Virus record (IMG/VR): IMGVR_UViG_3300017917_002593
Location: 22,212-86,211 of that record
Length of the DNA: 64,000 nucleotides
Reading direction: 5' to 3' (one strand)
From: a virus
This document shows positions 58,205-64,000 of this stretch, piece by piece. Both the position numbers and the translations under genes were made by a program. Position 1 is the stretch's first letter. Each line of letters opens with the position of its first letter. The notes under the pieces were generated by a model. The model did not search any database. It was not told where the DNA came from and saw only the letters and a list, made by a program, of their open reading frames with translations.

Positions 58205-59119
58205 ATGGTACTGTCGATTAATCCCTGGTATTACTGTAATTTTAGATGCAGTTTTTGTTATCTAACCGAAGAACAGTTGTCTGATAAAAAATTATTGCCC
58301 CTTGATAAGTTGGAGCAACGATTAATCGAAATTACTGCTGTTTCAAAAATAGATATGGTAGATCTTTACGGAGGAGAGGTAGGGTTACTTCCAGTATCTT
58401 ATGTAAAGTCTCTAAAAGAATTACTTCACGCATACGGGATTTACGATATTAATGTGATCACTAATTTGTCCATGATAAATGAGATTACTACTGACCCAGA
58501 TTTCTTTATTTCTGTAAGTTATGATTTTAGTGCAAGAGAAAAGCATGAGTTGGTCTTTAGGAATATGGCGCAACTAACTACTCCGTTTTCAGTGTTAATG
58601 TTAGCTTCTCCTAAACTGTTAGAATATGATGTTAACGAAATAGTAGAAACTTTAAATCTATTACCTAATCTACAATCAGTTGAGATAAAACCCTATAGTC
58701 AAAATCAAGCTAATCAACATAATTTGCAGTACACTCAGTTTGAAGAGTTTGTAAAATCTTTTTTAGAGAATAAAAATAAAAACTTTACTTTTGTAAACGA
58801 AAAATTAATACAGCGTGTATTAGACAAGACGAGAAATAGTTTCAGCGATGATCATGTTTACATCACACCGTCTGGAAATTATGGCGTTTTAGAATTTGAT
58901 TTAAACGATCGAGAATATTTTCAAGAGTATGAAACTTTAGACGAATATTTTGAATGGTGTGAACTTGAAAAAGTAAGAGTACAAAAAAATAAATTTTGTT
59001 CAAGCTGTGAATATTTTGGAAATTGTCTATCGGAACATTTACGAGAAGTTAAATCTTTAGATAATAGTTGTAACGGATTTAAAAAGTTAATCAATTGGTA
59101 TGCAAGACTGGAAAATTAG
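58205..59119 (+). CDS. Radical SAM enzyme with reduced C-terminal Cys cluster
   Basis: CNFRCSFC, LYGGE, CSSCEYFGNC...CNG. Confidence 0.88.
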   Translation: MVLSINPWYYCNFRCSFCYLTEEQLSDKKLLPLDKLEQRLIEITAVSKIDMVDLYGGEVGLLPVSYVKSLKELLHAYGIYDINVITNLSMINEITTDPDFFISVSYDFSAREKHELVFRNMAQLTTPFSVLMLASPKLLEYDVNEIVETLNLLPNLQSVEIKPYSQNQANQHNLQYTQFEEFVKSFLENKNKNFTFVNEKLIQRVLDKTRNSFSDDHVYITPSGNYGVLEFDLNDREYFQEYETLDEYFEWCELEKVRVQKNKFCSSCEYFGNCLSEHLREVKSLDNSCNGFKKLINWYARLEN

Positions 59120-59504
59120 ACAAGAAATATATCATCGAATGACAAGGGCTCACGAAGATGACCTCAGTCAGTTTGATATTGAGCTAACAGATAATGTTGT
59201 AGATGATGCTGTTCGATATTTTAAAGATCGAAATATAGGTTGGGTGTATCCTTCTAAATCGTACATGGTAGGTATTTGTTATTCAAAGTGGTTATCTAAA
59301 GAATTTGGTGAATTACCTGAATACTATCTTGACGATGCCGATTTACTCTACGGCAATGATCCCTATTTTGTAGAATATAGTAAAGACCCAGAAACATATC
59401 ATAAGATTCTTAATCAAATTGGCGGTTGGGACTTTGATCAAACAGCTGGAATGGTACCGGATGTCTATGAATATTTTAAAAAAGAGTTTTTATTAAATGA
59501 ATAA
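59100..59504 (+). CDS. Hypothetical protein in the radical SAM operon
   Basis: 134 aa aromatic/acidic ORF overlapping both neighbours. Confidence 0.7.
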   Translation: MQDWKIRQEIYHRMTRAHEDDLSQFDIELTDNVVDDAVRYFKDRNIGWVYPSKSYMVGICYSKWLSKEFGELPEYYLDDADLLYGNDPYFVEYSKDPETYHKILNQIGGWDFDQTAGMVPDVYEYFKKEFLLNE

Positions 59505-60066
59505 AGGTTTTAATAATTTATGGCCCACACCTGTCTACATAGACAAGATATCTAACGAAGAATTAGTGAATCAAGTATGCGAAGAAATATTGATGAACGT
59601 TGATTTGTCAAAGCCTTTTACTGAATTCCAGGCATATGATATTTTAAGAGACGGTGCAGAAGTGTTTCAAACATTTAGAGATCAGGTAGTGATGCCCTCA
59701 TTTGAAACGTATTTAAAAAACTGGAATTTAAGTTTTAAAGATTTTACAAATTATCGTATTCGGTCTTGGTTAACTGGCGCACATGCAGGGTATAATATTC
59801 CTGTTCATAATCATAGCGGTGCAACTCTAAGTGCAATTTTTTATCTGTTGATAGATGATAATTTACAAGGAGGCGATTTAATATTCCTTGACCCGCGGTC
59901 AAATGCTAATCGAGGATACGAGGATCAATTTAAACCGCTTTTTGAAAACAAGCAGTATTCTCCTAAGTCAGGAGAAGTTGTAGTGTTTCCGGGATTTTTG
60001 TACCATCAAACAATTCCATTTTCTGGATCAATTCGATTAGCTATGCCAGTTGATCTTTTTTTCTAA
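59497..60066 (+). CDS. Putative Fe(II)/2OG oxygenase (phage HxH-type)
   Basis: LWPTP, SW...HNHSG..LSAIFY, GDLIFLDPR, VVFPGFLYH..R. Confidence 0.8.
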   Translation: MNKGFNNLWPTPVYIDKISNEELVNQVCEEILMNVDLSKPFTEFQAYDILRDGAEVFQTFRDQVVMPSFETYLKNWNLSFKDFTNYRIRSWLTGAHAGYNIPVHNHSGATLSAIFYLLIDDNLQGGDLIFLDPRSNANRGYEDQFKPLFENKQYSPKSGEVVVFPGFLYHQTIPFSGSIRLAMPVDLFF

Positions 60067-60079
60067 CTTGGTTTTTGCA

Positions 60080-60087
60080 TATAAATA
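60080..60087 (+). promoter_or_regulatory. T4-type late promoter
   Basis: Exact TATAAATA; similar motifs at 60512, 60728 and 61696. Confidence 0.7.
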
Positions 60088-60112
60088 GTGCTAACTAAAC
60101 AGAGGATTTCAA

Positions 60113-60505
60113 ATGCCAATTACCTACACCTGGGAAGTAACATCGATTAAAACAACAACTGAAGGCAGCAATGATAATGCAGTCATTCAAACCTATTGGA
60201 AAAAAACAGGAACTGACGAAAACGGCAAAACTGGTACTTTTGACGGAGCAACTCCTTTAACTTCTCTAAATGTACCCGAGGGCGAATTTATTCCCTTTGA
60301 GCAATTAACTGAAGAAATTGTTTTAAGTTGGATCCAGGGACAAATTGATGAATTTTACGAAGAGCATATTAATCGACAGATTAAGAAAAAAATAGATGCA
60401 TTCTATGTAACTCAGCCCGGTCTTCCTTGGGATCCTACAAAAGGATTGCCTCCTAATCCTAATCCGGGTCCTACTCAAGTATCAGATTACAAACCACCCG
60501 TATAA
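60113..60505 (+). CDS. Tail fibre-associated small protein, paralogue 1
   Basis: TYTW...V...W..TGTD..G...FIPFEQLT...V..W pattern shared with 60760 and 61709. Confidence 0.65.
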   Translation: MPITYTWEVTSIKTTTEGSNDNAVIQTYWKKTGTDENGKTGTFDGATPLTSLNVPEGEFIPFEQLTEEIVLSWIQGQIDEFYEEHINRQIKKKIDAFYVTQPGLPWDPTKGLPPNPNPGPTQVSDYKPPV

Positions 60506-60540
60506 CTCTATTATAAATATCTCATCTTAACGGAGTTTCT

Positions 60541-60732
60541 ATGAACACACAACCAAAAATTACACTAACTTTAGACATGAACGAACTAAACACTATTATG
60601 GCAGGACTTGGTAAACTGCCATACGAACAGTGTTTTGCAGTAGTTGACACTATTCGTACTCAGGCATCCACTCAGTTGCAAGAACAACAAGCCGCCGGCG
60701 GCCAGGGTGCAATGGGTCCTGGTAGAGAATAA
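60541..60732 (+). CDS. Small phage protein
   Basis: 63 aa, late promoter at 60512, SD GGAG; L.MNELNTIM.GLGKLPY. Confidence 0.7.
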   Translation: MNTQPKITLTLDMNELNTIMAGLGKLPYEQCFAVVDTIRTQASTQLQEQQAAGGQGAMGPGRE

Positions 60733-60759
60733 ATAATAGTTTAGTAAGCGGAGATTACA

Positions 60760-61140
60760 ATGGCAACTACATATACCTGGGACATCGAAAATGTTGATTT
60801 GATCGACAACCACGAAGGCAACGAAAACGTTGTTTTTAGGGTCGTTTGGAAATGCACAGCAACTTCCGATTCTGGCAAAACTAAAGATCAAGTAGGTGTG
60901 GTAGAGCTAAATCCAAATGTAGCAGCTGAAGATTTTATCCCTGTTGATCAAGTTACAAAGCAGGACATTATTAATTGGGTTAAAAACACCGTTGCAGTTA
61001 GTGTTATCGAACGTGATTTAAATCCGTCCGTGACTTCAATTACATTTATGAACACTACCGGTACTAATATTACTGTAGCTGAACAACTTGCAGCCGCTAA
61101 CAATAAACAAGATACAACACCAGACCCTAATAATCCATGA
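60760..61140 (+). CDS. Tail fibre-associated small protein, paralogue 2
   Basis: TYTWDIE...NVVFRVVW...FIPVDQVT...WV. Confidence 0.65.
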   Translation: MATTYTWDIENVDLIDNHEGNENVVFRVVWKCTATSDSGKTKDQVGVVELNPNVAAEDFIPVDQVTKQDIINWVKNTVAVSVIERDLNPSVTSITFMNTTGTNITVAEQLAAANNKQDTTPDPNNP

Positions 61141-61700
61141 TAGGCGAGTGGGCGTATATTAAAAGTTATTTTACGCCAGAACAATGTGATTTAATTATAC
61201 AAGAGGCCTTAAAGTTGCCAGATTACGAAGCAACTTTAGGGCCTTCCAGTGAAAGAGTCGACAATCAGTGGCGTAAAAGTACCATCCGTGCAATCACACG
61301 AAATTCTACTTGGAATTATCTGTTCAGTGAGTTAGATAAAGTAGTTGCACAAATCAATAACGAATGGTTTCAGGTTGATTACAACTATCTTCCTGCAATA
61401 CAGTTTGCAACCTACGACGAAGAAACACAAGGTTTTTACAAAAGACATCAAGATGTCTTTTTAGCACCGTTAAAAACTCATAGAAAATTAAGTGTTACAG
61501 TTCAGCTAAGTGATCCTGATACTTACGAAGGCGGTAATCTTCAATTCTTAGATGTAGGACATTACCCTAAACAAGAAAACATAAGAGCCAGAGGCACAGT
61601 CTGCGTATTTCCAAGCATTATTTTTCACGAAGTTACTCCTGTAACTAAAGGAGTTAGGCATAGTTTAGCAGGCTGGTATGAAGGCCCTCACTGGAGATAA
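61137..61700 (+). CDS. PKHD/prolyl-4-hydroxylase-like Fe(II)/2OG oxygenase
   Basis: Y..HQD...RKLS.TVQLSDP..YEGG...FPS..FHEV.PVTKG.R.SL..W. Confidence 0.88.
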   Translation: MIGEWAYIKSYFTPEQCDLIIQEALKLPDYEATLGPSSERVDNQWRKSTIRAITRNSTWNYLFSELDKVVAQINNEWFQVDYNYLPAIQFATYDEETQGFYKRHQDVFLAPLKTHRKLSVTVQLSDPDTYEGGNLQFLDVGHYPKQENIRARGTVCVFPSIIFHEVTPVTKGVRHSLAGWYEGPHWR

Positions 61701-61708
61701 ATAATAAT

Positions 61709-62053
61709 ATGAGCACAAACACTTTTCCTGGAATTACATTTACTTGGGAATTCCCTCGATTCGCTGCACATTCTACTCTAAACGAAATGCAGAATGTAGT
61801 TTATAATGTTGAATACATTTTATCTGCGACTGACGGAGAAGGACACGGTAGTCAATATTTTAGTTCAGTTGGCATCGGCGAGCCTAACCCAGAAACTTTT
61901 AAGAAGTTTAATCTTATTACACAAAATGTCGTGGAAGAATGGGTAGAATCTGCACTGGGCGAAGAGCAGCTACACGATATTAAGACAATCTTAGTTAATC
62001 AAATTGAGCAACAAAAACAGCCCGAAGTGTTGCAACTTAGCAAGCCTTGGTAA
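61709..62053 (+). CDS. Tail fibre-associated small protein, paralogue 3
   Basis: TFTW...NVVYNVEY..SATDG...F..IT...VEEWV. Confidence 0.65.
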   Translation: MSTNTFPGITFTWEFPRFAAHSTLNEMQNVVYNVEYILSATDGEGHGSQYFSSVGIGEPNPETFKKFNLITQNVVEEWVESALGEEQLHDIKTILVNQIEQQKQPEVLQLSKPW

Positions 62054-62503
62054 TTAAAAAATAATATCGAGCAACAGCTCTATTTTAGTTTTGTTTGTCT
62101 TATTAGATAAACTTCTTTTTACACCTTGATGTAATGGCTTAGGCCATTGATTTAATGCACACCAAGCGTATCCAACATGTTCATCGTTTAACACAGGAAT
62201 AAATTCTTTGTCTACAATTAAAATGTAGGTATTAAAGAAAAATCTCTGATCTTCGCTGGTAAACAATTCAAGCGGAATAGTTTTCTTGATCTTGGGACTT
62301 ATACCTATTTCTTCTTTAATTTCTCTTTCTAAAGCAGCATAAGCAGTAATGTCAGTAGGTTCTTTTTTACCCCCAACGATCCCCCAAGTGCCCGCAGTTT
62401 TGCCGTGATTTCTTAACAAGAACAAAAATCTCTTGGTATCTTTAGCAAAGAATAATCCGCCACTGCAAACAATATTTTCTTGGTTCATAAAACTAAACGC
62501 CAT
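62054..62503 (-). CDS. Nudix hydrolase
   Basis: Nudix box GGKKE......AALEREIKEEIG; LNDEH..YAW; start may be ATG at 62488. Confidence 0.9.
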   Translation of the reverse strand: MAFSFMNQENIVCSGGLFFAKDTKRFLFLLRNHGKTAGTWGIVGGKKEPTDITAYAALEREIKEEIGISPKIKKTIPLELFTSEDQRFFFNTYILIVDKEFIPVLNDEHVGYAWCALNQWPKPLHQGVKRSLSNKTNKTKIELLLDIIF

Positions 62504-63915
62504 TCTCCTGGATAGTACATTCCATCAATGCTCTTGGACCATTGCGTTCCGTCCCACTTGTACTGTACTCCAGTGTATGAGTTAGTTATATAGGTAACAT
62601 CTGTAGTATTTGCAGAACTGAAAATCACGTTCCATTGTGTTCCGTCCCACTGAATTATATCATTTGCTGATGCAGTAAATCCGCTACTGTCGCTGTTTAA
62701 CCATGCACTTGGGCCGTCATCCTCGGTAGAAGTAATATCTTCAATTAACAAATACCTTGTATCATTGGCAGGAGTACCTGGATTAAATGTTTGAGGATTA
62801 ATGATAGCATTAATTGTACCTCTACTGATAGTATCAGTAAGGTCTGAGATAGCAGTATTCAGCAGTGTTTCGCCGTCAAACTGTATGTTCAGTACTTCAA
62901 TTTCTGAATTATCAAACGGACTTAGGCTTAGGTAGCCTACAATTTTCCCACCATCTGGCTTTGTAAGCTCGATATGGCTTAGACCGTTTCTAAATTTACC
63001 TGGATATACGTCTAAAAGAGTAGACCAATTTATCTTTGTTCCAGCTTTTACAGGAATTTGATCAAACTCAGGGGAAAGTAAATTTTCTCCAGCGGCCATT
63101 AGTTTAGCAGTGTTGTTAGTTAACAATACTGAAAAATTACCCGGTGTTACATAGACATTGGCCACAGGATTAGTAAAGCTAAACTCAGGTCCTGCAAGAC
63201 TGGAGCCTTGTTCTTCTGAGAAAATGTTAGCAATAATCTTGGTAATAATTCCTAATTTCTTAACTTTAGCTGGCGGACTTAACCATATCGGAGTTAAAAA
63301 ATTCATAGTTGCAATGTCAATGTCTGATTCAGTTCCCTGAGGAATACTGCGACTGGTCCAGTTCATTCCAGTTAGTTCAACATAACTTAAACTTGTCCAG
63401 TCGATATAATTGCTGGTAGTCTGTATCTCCATTGCAGGACGGAACAATACTAAAATTTGTTCAAGTATTTGTAACTTTTGATCAGTGTTAGTACTCCATA
63501 CATCTGCAACCAATTGTAGATTAAAGGGAGTAGGCATTAATCTTTCAACAGTGTAGTTTTCTCCCTGTACGTTAGCATAGTCTTGAATAGTTTGACCGTA
63601 GGTAGGACTATTGGGATTTTCGTCTACGTAGCCAAACTGTCTTTCTCTAATATGCATTTTTCCTACAAAAGTTGGATCTTGCAGTCTGTCTCGAGCAATG
63701 TCTAAACTTTTAATATAACAGGCAATGAACGGCGCAGAATTTAGAACATTCTCACTGTTCTTTTTCATAATGCCTGCAACCTGTCTACTCATGTCTCCGT
63801 ATCTTACAGGGATTTGCACTACATTACCGCGGGCATCTTTGTAACTAAAGTTACTCATTAACCGCATAAACTGTGTTAGGTAACGGCGTATCTGGCCGTC
63901 ATAAAAATGTTCCAT
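62485..63915 (-). CDS. gp15: Tail sheath stabiliser/completion protein (T4 gp15-like) with C-terminal extension
   Basis: HFYDGQIRRY, IPVRYG, PTPFNL...QKLQILEQILVLFRP motifs. Confidence 0.75.
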   Translation of the reverse strand: MEHFYDGQIRRYLTQFMRLMSNFSYKDARGNVVQIPVRYGDMSRQVAGIMKKNSENVLNSAPFIACYIKSLDIARDRLQDPTFVGKMHIRERQFGYVDENPNSPTYGQTIQDYANVQGENYTVERLMPTPFNLQLVADVWSTNTDQKLQILEQILVLFRPAMEIQTTSNYIDWTSLSYVELTGMNWTSRSIPQGTESDIDIATMNFLTPIWLSPPAKVKKLGIITKIIANIFSEEQGSSLAGPEFSFTNPVANVYVTPGNFSVLLTNNTAKLMAAGENLLSPEFDQIPVKAGTKINWSTLLDVYPGKFRNGLSHIELTKPDGGKIVGYLSLSPFDNSEIEVLNIQFDGETLLNTAISDLTDTISRGTINAIINPQTFNPGTPANDTRYLLIEDITSTEDDGPSAWLNSDSSGFTASANDIIQWDGTQWNVIFSSANTTDVTYITNSYTGVQYKWDGTQWSKSIDGMYYPGEWRLVL

Positions 63916-64000
63916 TAATTTTGTCCTCGACCTTGGTCTAATCTTTTACATTCTTCGCATTCGCAATCTGGGCAATACTCGCATTTTTGGCAACTATGAT
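63915..64000 (-). CDS. Small Cys-rich protein, 3' partial
   Basis: Minus frame reads HSCQKCEYCPDCECEECKRLDQGRGQN*; TAA overlaps the gp15 ATG (TAATG). Confidence 0.55.
   Translation of the reverse strand, partial: HSCQKCEYCPDCECEECKRLDQGRGQN

Noticed and set aside
49989-59119. DNA-modification (QueE/7-deazaguanine), NrdG or cofactor biosynthesis roles for the radical SAM genes
   Set aside because: No partner genes (queC/queD/folE/dpdA, nrdD, pqq, moa) here; SPASM-type tails and late tail context favour protein substrates, though this is not proven
61137-61700. Prolyl hydroxylase acting on the collagen fibre
   Set aside because: Fibre prolines are mostly in the X position, not the Y position used by collagen P4H; such oxygenases are common in phages without this link
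1-64000. Alternative genetic code or tRNA genes
   Set aside because: Multi-kb ORFs are intact in code 11 with TAA, TGA and TAG all used as stops; no cloverleaf recognised

Overview
AT-rich segment of a large T4-like (myovirus/jumbo-type) dsDNA phage genome covering the virion morphogenesis region. In order: the end of a gp46/Rad50-like ATPase, two Hc1 histone-like genes, a free-standing GIY-YIG nuclease and a ~380-nt structured non-coding region; a gp26-like baseplate/tail chaperone with a likely -1 frameshift extension; a tape-measure-like protein; the head module (portal gp20, protease gp21, scaffold gp22, major capsid gp23); and ~37 kb of very large virion/fibre proteins. Two giant paralogues carry 20 repeats resembling the phycocyanin bilin-binding motif (KCxRDxG...GG). 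Directly after a collagen-like tail fibre comes a ~10.5-kb tightly packed operon with five radical SAM enzymes (one cobalamin-dependent), three Fe(II)/2OG oxygenases and a candidate substrate ending in CHAS-CHSS-CHSS-RGRR. This operon is my best candidate for an undescribed system: RiPP-like maturation of a virion protein. The window ends with tail-associated small genes, a Nudix hydrolase and a gp15-like tail completion gene. T4-type late promoters (TATAAATA-like) recur throughout. All assignments come from motif recognition by eye; no database search or folding program was run.
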